A stretch of DNA of 8,726 nucleotides from Propionibacterium ruminifibrarum (lineage in GTDB: Bacteria; Actinomycetota; Actinomycetes; Propionibacteriales; Propionibacteriaceae): NCBI RefSeq assembly GCF_900289195.1, contig NZ_OMOH01000018.1, positions 1 through 8,726 on the forward strand, given 5' to 3'. This document shows positions 1-5,750 of this stretch, in pieces (within the stretch, counting starts at the first letter, position 1; the number at the start of each line of letters is the position of its first letter). Under the pieces are notes generated by a model, which worked only from the letters and a program-made list of their open reading frames with translations, searched no databases and had not been told where the DNA came from. The translations under genes were made by a program, and so were the position numbers.

Positions 1-153
1 TGTCGGCCTTCAACGGTCAATGGTGCGTTAGCGTGAGTACTCAAGGGCAGGCTCCTTGGTCGGACGGGTAGTTCAGCGACTTCCATCCTGTCGAGGGCCT
101 GCCCCCTACGTCACCTCCACACCGTCAACAACCTCATGCGCCACAACAACTAG
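1..153 (+). pseudogene. IS481-family transposase, 3'-terminal relic (internally deleted, frameshifted; cut by the window edge)
   Basis: Two plus-strand frames read SAFNGQWCVSVSTQG and RACPLRHLHTVNNLMRHNN*. These are colinear with SHAFNRSIASHVSTHQ and [15 protein letters not shown] of the minus-strand IS481-like gene at 8620-8726 and 7054-7234. Shared nucleotide blocks are GCCTTCAAC, CCTCCACACC and GTC.ACAAC.TCATG. The relic is much shorter than the intact interval, so it is internally deleted. It ends at TAG 151-153, after which unrelated sequence starts. Confidence 0.6.
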
Positions 154-349
154 TGTTTTCGGACAGTGGGTGAAATGATCGTGAGGTAGAATTAGATCAT
201 GTCGGCACCGAAATACACAGAGGGTTATGCCAAACTCTTTGTTTTGATGGGCCCGTTGCTGTCTTGTCGGAGTGTCAGAACACAAGGAGGGCCTGCCACA
301 GAGATAATTGGGTTACCAAATACTCGACAATCTCAGGACAGGCTCTCGC

Positions 350-963
350 GTGTATCATACAACAGGTTTCTCCCCGGCCGCAATGGCAGCCCTCCACCAG
401 ATCCTGACCCGCAATTATCCTCGCCTCCAGAAGAAAACAGGTCGGCCCCGAGCCCTGACACCCGAACAAGAAATCAGGGCCACCCTCGTCTACCACCGCC
501 GCAACCGCGCCCAGACAGAACTCGCCGAGTCCTTCGGCGTGTGCCAGTCCTCCATCTCCCGGGCCATCAGCCGGTGGACACCCCGCCTCGCCGAAGCCCT
601 CGAGGACTTCATCCCCACCGCGGAAGACTTGGACCCATGCCAGACCCTGATCGTGGACGGCACCCTCGTGCCCTGCTGGAACTAGAAGAACCAGCCCGGC
701 CTGTACTCCGGTAAACACCACCACACCGGCCTGAACCTCCAAGTCGCCTGCGACCTGACCGGACACTTGGCCTGGGTGGCCGACCCGGCCCCGGGCTCAA
801 CCCATGACGCGAAAGCCATCCGGCTCACCGGCCTGCTCGAACACTTCCCCAACACCCCGCCAGTGGCCGACAAGGGCTACACCGGACTGGGCATGATCAC
901 CCCAGAACGAAAACCAGCCCACGGCGAGCTGACAGAAAACCAGAAACAGTACAACAAAACCAT
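350..963 (+). pseudogene. IS5-family transposase of copy 1, N-terminal 3/4
   Basis: A GTG start at 350 reads VYHTTGFSPAAM...RNRAQTELAESFGVCQSSISRAI...LIVDGTLVPCWN*KNQPGLYSGKHHHTGLNLQVACDLTGHLAWVADPAPGSTHDAKAI...VADKGYTGLGMITPERKP...KQYNKT. The in-frame TAG at 683-685 replaces the Trp codon seen in the other copies (CWDWK, CWGWK, CWAWR). The frame is cut at 963/964 by copy 2. Confidence 0.85.
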
Positions 964-1874
964 GAGGGTTATTCAAAACTGTTTTTGTATAATTCTAGTG
1001 CGATGACTGCTGTGATGGTTTGTGGGAAGGTGTCAAGGGGCCTGCGGTAACCGGTGTGCAGGATCCTCTAGGTTTTCAGGTGGGTGATTGCTCGTTCGAC
1101 CGGGGCGCGTAACGAATTGATGGCGTGGTTGTATTGTTTCTGCCAGTCCGTGAGCCCGCCCCTTGGTGGTTTGCGTATCGGGGTTGTCATGCCCAGCCCG
1201 GTGTAGCCCTTGTCACCCAATGGCGGGGTGTCTGGGAAGTTTTCAAGAAAACCCGTGGACTGGATGGCTTTCACGTCATGGGTCGACCCCGAGGCCGGGT
1301 CGGACACCCAGACCAAGCGTCCTGTCAGGGTGCAGGCCACCTGGAGGTTCAGCCCAGTCCGGTGGTGCTTGCCCGAGTACAGACCCGGCTCGTGTTTCCA
1401 GTCCCAGCACTGCACGAGGGTGCCGTCCACGATCAGGGTCTGGGTCTGGTCCAGGTCGTCTGCGGTGGGCACGAGCTCTGCGAGGACCTCGGCGATACGA
1501 GCCGTCCACAGGGCGATGGCTCGGCTGATCGAGGCCTGGCTGACCCCGAAAGACTCGGCCAGCTCGGATTGGGCCCGGTTGCGTCGCAGGTAGGCCAGGG
1601 TTGCCCTGATTTCTTCTGCCTGACTCAATGCGGGCGGGCGCCCGGTGGCCTGCGGGGTGCGGGGGTAATTGTGGACGAGGGTCTGGTAGCAGATTGTGAT
1701 TGCTTCGGCCGGCAGGCCTGTTGTATGGTACACGCGAGGACCTGTTCTGAGAATACGGGATTATCGACAACCCAATTTTCTCAGTGGCAGGTCCTCACCT
1801 TTCACCCAGACACGCCCACACCGGCAGAACAGATTCCAAGACCCTCCTCAAAACAAGGGTTTTGAATAACCCTC
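964..1874 (-). mobile_element. IS5-family element, copy 2 (911 bp), nested in copy 1
   Basis: It has perfect 16-bp terminal inverted repeats GAGGGTTATTCAAAAC (964-979 and the reverse complement of 1859-1874). It is flanked by the direct repeat CAT at 961-963 and 1875-1877. By eye it is roughly 90% identical to copy 3. Confidence 0.9.
1068..1733 (-). CDS. IS5-family DDE_Tnp_4 transposase of copy 2, shortened by a premature TAG
   Basis: This is the 221-aa track ORF starting at GTG. It has the HTH segment (RRNRAQSELAESFGVSQASISRAI) and candidate catalytic motifs LIVDGT, GDKGYTG and PVERAI. TAG at 1068-1070 replaces Trp (LKT*RILH versus LKTWRILH in copy 1). The frame otherwise continues RILHTGYRRPLDTFPQTITAVIALELYKNSFE* to TAA at 969-971. 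Confidence 0.8.
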   Translation of the reverse strand: MYHTTGLPAEAITICYQTLVHNYPRTPQATGRPPALSQAEEIRATLAYLRRNRAQSELAESFGVSQASISRAIALWTARIAEVLAELVPTADDLDQTQTLIVDGTLVQCWDWKHEPGLYSGKHHRTGLNLQVACTLTGRLVWVSDPASGSTHDVKAIQSTGFLENFPDTPPLGDKGYTGLGMTTPIRKPPRGGLTDWQKQYNHAINSLRAPVERAITHLKT

Positions 1875-1875
1875 C

Positions 1876-2027
1876 ATCAACAAGCTACGCGCCCCGTCGA
1901 ACGAGCAATCGCCAACCTCAAAACATGGCGAATACTCCACACAGGCTACCGCAAACCCATCCGCACCTTCCCACAAACCATCACAACAGTCATCGCACTA
2001 GAATTCTTCAAAAACAGTTTCGCATAA
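1876..2027 (+). pseudogene. IS5-family transposase of copy 1, C-terminal 1/4
   Basis: It resumes INKLRAP. A 1-nt deletion follows (CGCGCCCCGTCGAA versus CGCGCCCCGGTCGAA in copy 2, ~1896). The next frame reads VERAIANLKTWRILHTGYRKPIRTFPQTITTVIALEFFKNSFA*. The stop TAA at 2025-2027 lies inside the terminal repeat, as in copies 2 and 3. Confidence 0.8.
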
Positions 2028-2035
2028 CCCTCACA

Positions 2036-2308
2036 GACAGTGCGAGTTCAAGAAACAAGCCGTTCTCGAGGTCGTCCAGAAGTCCAGGCCGATAGCCGAG
2101 GTCGCCAGGTCGTACGGGCTTGTGGCGCAGACGGTCGGCAACTGGGTCGCGAAATGGCGGAAAGAACACCCCGACCCCGGTACTGATGACATCACTGCGG
2201 AAGAACACGCCGAGATCAGGCGCCTGAAAGCCGAGCCCTGGAAGGCTCGCATGGAGACCGAGCACCTAGAGGAAAGCGGCGGCCTTCTTCGCCCAGGAGT
2301 CCGGGTGA
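2036..2308 (+). pseudogene. IS3-family orfA (HTH) remnant of element #1; its first 7 codons lie at 199-219
   Basis: The frame reads EFKKQAVLEVVQKSRPIAEVARSYGLVAQTVGNWVAKWRKEH...EEHAEIRRLKAE. The expected C-terminus KAAAFFAQESG* (TGA 2306-2308) is readable only in another frame. There are indels just after the IS insertion point (~2036-2045) and near 2265-2275. Confidence 0.75.
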
Positions 2309-3215
2309 GTGTGAGGTACCGCTGCATTCACCGCGAAGAAGGCAACTACCCTGTCCGGTCCATGTGCCGGTGGGCGAAAGTATCCAAGTCCGGCTATTAC
2401 GCGTGGCGGAACTGGTCTAAATCCTCGATTGCCGAGCGGAGGGAAGACTTGACAGCCATCATTGTCAAGTTCTTCGACGAGTCCGAGCAGACCTATGGAT
2501 ATCGCCCCTATGGATATCGCCGGATCCACGCCGAGCTCACCCGAAGCGGGATCAAGGCCTCGCGCGACATGGTCCGTAAGATCATGGCAGCTGAGGGCCT
2601 TGTCGCCTGACCAGCACCGGAAACGGGCCAGGATGGCCATGCCTGCCCCCGACCTTCCAGGCCGGCCCGACCGGCTAGTAAGGGACTTCACCGCCACCGC
2701 TCCCGAAATGAAATGGGTGGGCGACATCACGTACATCCCGACCTGGCAGGGATTCGCCTACTAGCATTCACCATGGACTGTTTCTCGAAGAAGGTCATCG
2801 GACACGCGATCGCCGGTCACATGCGCACCAAACTCGTCACCGAGGCTATTAGTCAGGGCTCGCAGGGTCTGCCCGCCCACTCGCGGCATCACGGTCCCTC
2901 CCCTCGAACCTAGGCTCCCAATACGCGTTGACCAAATACACGAAAACATGACCGATCACAGAATTATCCCATCCGCAGGGCGGACCGGTAGCTGCTACAA
3001 CAATACTACGCAGAGTCCTTCAACTAACGCCATCTAGACGAATAACACGTGAACGGCAAGCTTACCCAACCCGCAACCACGCAGCCCGGGACGTGACATC
3101 TTGGATCGAGTTAGGGTACAATCATAATCAAATCCACTCAGCCATCGACTACCAGACCCCGACCAAATCGATACCGAGCAGCAAAAACTCCGCACGACAG
3201 CAGTCAAAAGCAACT
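2290..3215 (+). pseudogene. IS3-family orfB (rve/DDE integrase-like) remnant of element #1
   Basis: Family motifs are spread over all three frames: NYPVRSMCRWAKVSKSGYYAWR, YGYRRIHAEL, KWVGDITYIPTWQGFAY, LAFTMDCFSKKVIGHAIAGHM, LGSQY, GRTGSCYNNT (consensus CYDNA), AESF and WIELGYNHNQIHSAIDYQTP. In-frame stops lie at 2608-2610, 2762-2764 and 2911-2913, with several more after 2950. Confidence 0.75.
2492..2521 (+). repeat. Perfect 15-bp tandem duplication inside IS3 #1 orfB
   Basis: CCTATGGATATCGCC occurs at 2492-2506 and again at 2507-2521. It is in frame and produces YGYRPYGYRR where the family has a single YGYRR before IHAEL. Confidence 0.9.
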
Positions 3216-3278
3216 ACTTACCACACTCAAATACCTATATCGCTCCAGTCCCCTTGAGGCTTATCCACAGAAATGAGG

Positions 3279-3326
3279 TTGAATGCAGTTTGCAATTCAA
3301 GTTATTATCACTAGTGTCTAGTACTA
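3279..3326. promoter_or_regulatory. Cluster of palindromes in the AT-rich leader (possible operator or structured sites)
   Basis: TTGAATGCAGTTTGCAATTCAA (3279-3300) is a near-perfect dyad with one bulge. CACTAGTG (3309-3316) and TAGTACTA (3319-3326) are perfect 8-bp palindromes, and GCTTAAGC (3380-3387) is another further downstream. No known binding motif was recognised. Confidence 0.3.
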
Positions 3327-3343
3327 TTAGCCTCAGAGATTTT

Positions 3344-3372
3344 TTCAATTAAACACCATCATTTTCGATTAT
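3344..3372 (+). promoter_or_regulatory. Candidate sigma-70-type promoter for ORF 3412-3801
   Basis: TTCAAT (3344-3349) and GATTAT (3367-3372) are separated by a 17-nt spacer, ~40 nt upstream of the ATG. The weak Shine-Dalgarno-like GGAA at 3404-3407 follows. This is a pattern match only, in DNA where such hexamers are common. Confidence 0.25.
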
Positions 3373-3411
3373 TCTTCTAGCTTAAGCACTCTCAACATCG
3401 ATTGGAATTAG

Positions 3412-3801
3412 ATGTCCCCGAAACAACTCAACCGCGTCACAGCTCAAATTGAACAAGCGCGCAACGCCGCCATGAATCCCGCAAACACTGTCTTCATGGC
3501 TACGTATTCAAGTCTATTTACATTTCAATTCACAGGACCTCAAATTGCATCATTGATTGCTGGCATCGAAGGGGTAGGATGGAAATTCACTGCTTGGAAT
3601 TGGCGAGACATACCCAATACGAATCAGCTTCAAGTTAATATTTTGTTTCATCGTAGCGGATCTCACACCACAAGCAATAACACCCCACTGAGAGGAAGTA
3701 CTACACCCATAGCGAGGGAAGACACAGCTTCTCCTTCCGGATATCCGGGCTATTCACAGCAATGGAATCCGCCTACAGGAGGCGTAGTGTTTCCCGGATA
3801 A
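3412..3801 (+). CDS. Hypothetical small protein (129 aa), orphan, lower-GC
   Basis: It runs ATG 3412 to TAA 3799-3801. A 390-nt open frame in ~45% GC DNA (hand count) is unlikely by chance. The N-terminal ~85 aa look like a compact alpha/beta domain (QIASLIAGIEGVGWKFTAWNW...LQVNILFHR). This loosely recalls small DUF4177-like 'GW' domains, but that is from memory only. The C-terminal ~45 aa are rich in Ser, Thr, Pro and Gly and look disordered. It has no similarity to the transposases around it. Confidence 0.55.
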   Translation: MSPKQLNRVTAQIEQARNAAMNPANTVFMATYSSLFTFQFTGPQIASLIAGIEGVGWKFTAWNWRDIPNTNQLQVNILFHRSGSHTTSNNTPLRGSTTPIAREDTASPSGYPGYSQQWNPPTGGVVFPG

Positions 3802-3857
3802 GCCCCACCCAAACAGAACCCAGTCATCTCAATACCATCTACCCAAAATTAATAACT

Positions 3858-3891
3858 GGTGACCCACTCCTGACTGGCACCGTTTTGTTTC
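3858..3891 (+). terminator. Weak candidate intrinsic terminator downstream of ORF 3412-3801
   Basis: GGTGACC (3858-3864) can pair imperfectly with TGGCACC (3875-3881), giving 4 GC-rich pairs plus one. GTTTTGTTTC follows at 3882-3891. The stem is short and contains a mismatch. Confidence 0.25.
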
Positions 3892-4083
3892 AACCTTGGA
3901 AGGGAGGGTATGACTGTCATGATATAAGATCAGCTGTGGGTTTTGGGATGTCTCGAAATCGTAGTCGAAGACACAGCTGGTGATGTGTGAAACGAATGCC
4001 CTGAAAGTTTGGTCGTGGTTTCGCGCTGAATGTTTGGCTGTTGTTTATAGCGGTACCCCAGACGTGTTTGACCGGATTTCAGT

Positions 4084-4229
4084 CGGGCACATACGACAGC
4101 GGAAAATCGAGGTGATGCGCTCCAGTAGCAGCCAGGCGCGTAGAGACTGGCTGGTGCTTTGACATGGTGAAACCGAGCATTAAATTTTATTCATAGGGTT
4201 TGTTCGGATAGTTTTGGATAATCCCGTAC
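4084..4229 (+). mobile_element. Diverged 5'-end fragment (UTR part) of an IS5-family element, plus orientation
   Basis: Its blocks are colinear with the first ~121 nt of copy 2 read in that copy's own orientation. They are GGTGAAACCGAGCA versus GGTGAAAGGTGAGGA, AGGGTTTGTTCGGATA versus TGGGTTGTCGATA, and an exact GATAATCCCGTA at 4218-4229. A ~10-nt local duplication (GTTTTGGATA) is present. The terminal repeat itself is barely recognisable, so the left limit is approximate. Confidence 0.45.
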
Positions 4230-4232
4230 GAG

Positions 4233-5147
4233 GAGGGTTATTCAAAACTGTTTTTGTATAATTCTAGTGCGATGACTGCTGTGATGTTTTGTGGGAAGCT
4301 GTCAAGGGGCCTGCGGTAACCGATGTGCAAGATCCTCCTAGTTTTCAGATGGGCGATTGCTCGTTCGGCCGAGGCCCGTAACGAATTGATGGCGTGGTTG
4401 TATTGTTTCTGCCAGCCTGTGAGCCCGCCCCCTGGTGGTTTGCGTATCGGGGTCGTCATGCCCAACCCGGTGTAGCCCTTGTCACCCAGTGGCGGGGTGT
4501 CCGGGAAGTTTTCAAGGAAACCCGTGGACTGGATGGCTTTCGCGTCGTGGGTCGATCCGGGGGCCGGGTCGGACACCCAGACCAAGCGTCCTGTCAGGGT
4601 GCAGGCCACCTGAAGGTTCAACCCAGTCCGGAGATGCTTGCCCGAGTGCAGACCCTGCTGGTCCTTCCAGCCCCAGCAGGGCACGAGGGTGCCGTCCACG
4701 ATCAGAGTCTGGTCTTGGTCCAGATCGTCTGCGGTGGGCACGAGGTCTGCGAAAACCTCGACGATACGAGCCGCCCACCGGCTGATGACCCGGCAGATCG
4801 AGGCCTGGCTGACCCCGAACGACTCGGCCAGCTCACCCGTGGGCCCGGTTGCGTCGCAGATAGGCCAGTGTGGCCCTGATTTCTTCTGCCTGACTCAATG
4901 CGAACGGGCGCCCGGTGGCCTGCGGGGTGCGGGGGTAATTGTGGACAAGGGCCTAGTAACAGACTGCGATTGCTTCGGCCAGCAGGCCTGTTGTATCGTA
5001 CACACGAGGACCTGTTCTGAGAAAACGGGATTAACGACAACCCAATTCTCTCAGTGACGGGTCCTCACCTTTCACCGTGACACGCCCACACTGGCGAGAT
5101 AACCTCCAAGACCACCCCCCTTAAATCAAGAGTTTTGAATAACCCTC
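4233..5147 (-). mobile_element. IS5-family element, copy 3 (915 bp), no target-site duplication
   Basis: It has perfect 17-bp terminal inverted repeats GAGGGTTATTCAAAACT (4233-4249 and the reverse complement of 5131-5147). The flanking triplets differ: GAG at 4230-4232 and CAA at 5148-5150. Confidence 0.9.
4238..5003 (-). pseudogene. IS5-family transposase of copy 3 (nonsense plus frameshift)
   Basis: A GTG start at 5001-5003 reads VYDTTGLLAEAIAVCY*ALVHNYPRTPQATGRP. TAG at 4953-4955 sits where copy 2 has CAG (CYQTLV). One extra nucleotide at ~4838-4848 (GGGCCCACGGGTGAGCTGG versus GGGCCCAATCCGAGCTGG in copy 2) shifts the frame. The downstream part is the 167-aa track ORF 4238-4741, which retains the DDE motifs. 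Confidence 0.85.
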
Positions 5148-5290
5148 CAAGTGTGTCGCTGAGACGAAATGGTGACCTGTTCCGAGATGATTAATACGTG
5201 ATAAAGCAATCAAGGAATAGGCTGCAGATCACATGCCCTCACATAACTTATCAGAACCCAGATCAAGGCCTGCGTCAGATGATTCACACG
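5148..5290 (-). mobile_element. Diverged 5'-end fragment of another IS5-family element, minus orientation
   Basis: Six colinear blocks match the plus strand of copy 3 at 4975-5147. They are GACCTGTTC.GAGA, A.ACG.GAT.A, ACA.GCCC.CAC, ATAAC.T..CA.GA, ATCAAG and TGA.T.AC.C. The fragment is cut at 5148, about codon 4-5 of its transposase. The outer terminal repeat is degenerate, so the right limit is approximate. Confidence 0.45.
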
Positions 5291-5299
5291 GTAGTCAAT

Positions 5300-5750
5300 G
5301 GTGACCTATTGGCGTCCGGATCACGTCGGTTCGTCCTCGCCAGCCTGCGCCACAACTTCGAACAAGAATCCTCACCGAACTGTTCGCAATTGCCCAGCCC
5401 ACCGTACTGCCGAGTCCTGACCGCCTACACATCCCCGATCGCCGCCACCTTGACCGAGAAAGTCACCACCTCCGACGGCCTCGACCCGGACACCCAGTTG
5501 GTCATCGACGACGCCTTCATACCCTGCTGGGCATGGCGTGACAAGCCCGAACTCAACTCCGCCAAACACCCCGCCACCGGAGTCAACCTCCAAGTGTCCA
5601 GACTACCCTAAACAGAAACCGACAAGGACTTAAACTGGGCCATCGACCAGAAAAGATAATCAACCGAAAAACCGTCACCGACCTCAAAACCTGACACACC
5701 AGTTGAGTCCTTCATAGTGGTGTGACCGTGGTGACTGGCTCTGGATGACA
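5300..5750 (+). pseudogene. IS5-family transposase relic, copy 4 (strongly diverged, 5' and 3' truncated)
   Basis: TSDGLDPDTQLVIDDAFIPCWAWRDKPELNSAKHPATGVNLQV aligns with ADDLDQTQTLIVDGTLVQCWDWKHEPGLYSGKHHRTGLNLQV of copy 2. The HTH part is readable only across a frameshift (RILTELFAIAQPTV then CRVLTAYTSPIAATL). After TAA at 5609-5611 the frame is lost. Nucleotide colinearity persists through GACACACCAGTTGAGT (copy 2: GACACCCCGCCATTGGGT) to CTCTGGATGACA (copy 2: CTGGGCATGACA) at ~5750. Confidence 0.6.

Larger units (their letters stand above)
220..2032 (+). mobile_element. IS5-family (HTH_Tnp_4 + DDE_Tnp_4, Harbinger-like) element, copy 1 (diverged), carrying nested copy 2
   Basis: The terminal inverted repeats are GAGGGTTATGCCAAACT at 220 and AGTTTCGCATAACCCTC ending at 2032 (16 of 17 match). 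It is flanked by the direct 3-bp ACA at 217-219 and 2033-2035. Its own length is ~899 bp once the nested 911-bp copy and that copy's TSD are removed. Confidence 0.85.
154..3229 (+). mobile_element. IS3-family element #1, heavily decayed, split by a nested IS at 220-2032; right end uncertain
   Basis: It starts TGTTTTCGGACAGTGGGTGAAATG at 154, directly after the IS481-like TAG (IS3 ends typically begin TG). The orfA start at ATG 199 (MSAPKYT) is separated from its continuation by 1813 bp of nested IS. orfA and orfB motifs follow through ~3215. The best guess for the right terminus is ...CCACACTCA at ~3221-3229. Its reverse complement matches the left end at only ~11 of 19 positions and no TSD was found. 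Confidence 0.7.

Noticed and set aside
199-1865. Multiple overlapping 120-250-aa ORFs on both strands: 199-714, 275-766, 609-800, 1125-1865, 1163-1528, 1210-1593 and 1276-1770. Equivalents over copy 3 are 4394-4879, 4435-4785, 4512-4778, 4638-5057 and 4702-5040.
   Set aside because: They are alternate-frame or antisense shadows of the IS5-family transposase genes. Their composition is Pro/Arg/Gly-rich, and they recur only because the underlying IS is repeated.
150-3314. CTAG at 150-153 and again at 3311-3314 as a possible 4-bp target duplication placing the IS3 #1 right end at 3310
   Set aside because: The 25 nt preceding 3310 show no inverted-repeat similarity to the left end at 154. CTAG occurs several times in that AT-rich stretch, so the match is probably coincidental.
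3931-3979. An imperfect long hairpin: CAGCTGTG pairing with CACAGCTG, and an inner GTCTCGA pairing with TCGAAGAC. An 11-nt palindrome ATGACTGTCAT lies at 3910-3920.
   Set aside because: The structure needs an 11-nt asymmetric bulge. It has no flanking U-tract and no conserved counterpart in the window, so there is too little to call an RNA element or terminator.
3762-4162. Track ORFs 3762-3983 (73 aa) and 3980-4162 (60 aa)
   Set aside because: They are short. The first overlaps the end of ORF 3412-3801 out of frame, and the second overlaps the IS-fragment region. Neither has a ribosome-binding site or any motif. Faint resemblances to DKGY and N...R..E transposase motifs did not hold up on alignment.
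3915-4165. A minus-strand reading frame starting at the ATG on the complement of 4163-4165 (MSKHQPVSTRLAATGAHHLDFPLSYVPD), then TGA, then ~53 more open codons. It looked like a small pseudogene convergent on ORF 3412-3801.
   Set aside because: Its 5' half overlaps sequence that aligns to the non-coding 5' region of the IS5-family element (4084-4229). It has no recognisable motifs, no Shine-Dalgarno sequence and an internal stop, so it is most likely fortuitous.
683-4955. All three premature in-frame stops in the IS5-family copies are TAG (683-685, 1068-1070, 4953-4955), which raised the idea of amber read-through or recoding
   Set aside because: They arise from TGG (twice) and CAG (once) by single transitions, which is the expected outcome of GC-to-AT mutation. 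They sit at three different, non-homologous positions. The copies carry other lesions (a frameshift and an IS insertion), and TAG is used as a genuine stop by the IS481-like genes and the IS3 #2 orfA.
964-5147. Repeated ~0.9-kb sequence and short recurring motifs, checked as a possible CRISPR array or other tandem repeat array
   Set aside because: The repeats are full IS copies with terminal inverted repeats and transposase genes. There is no short direct-repeat and spacer periodicity anywhere in the window.
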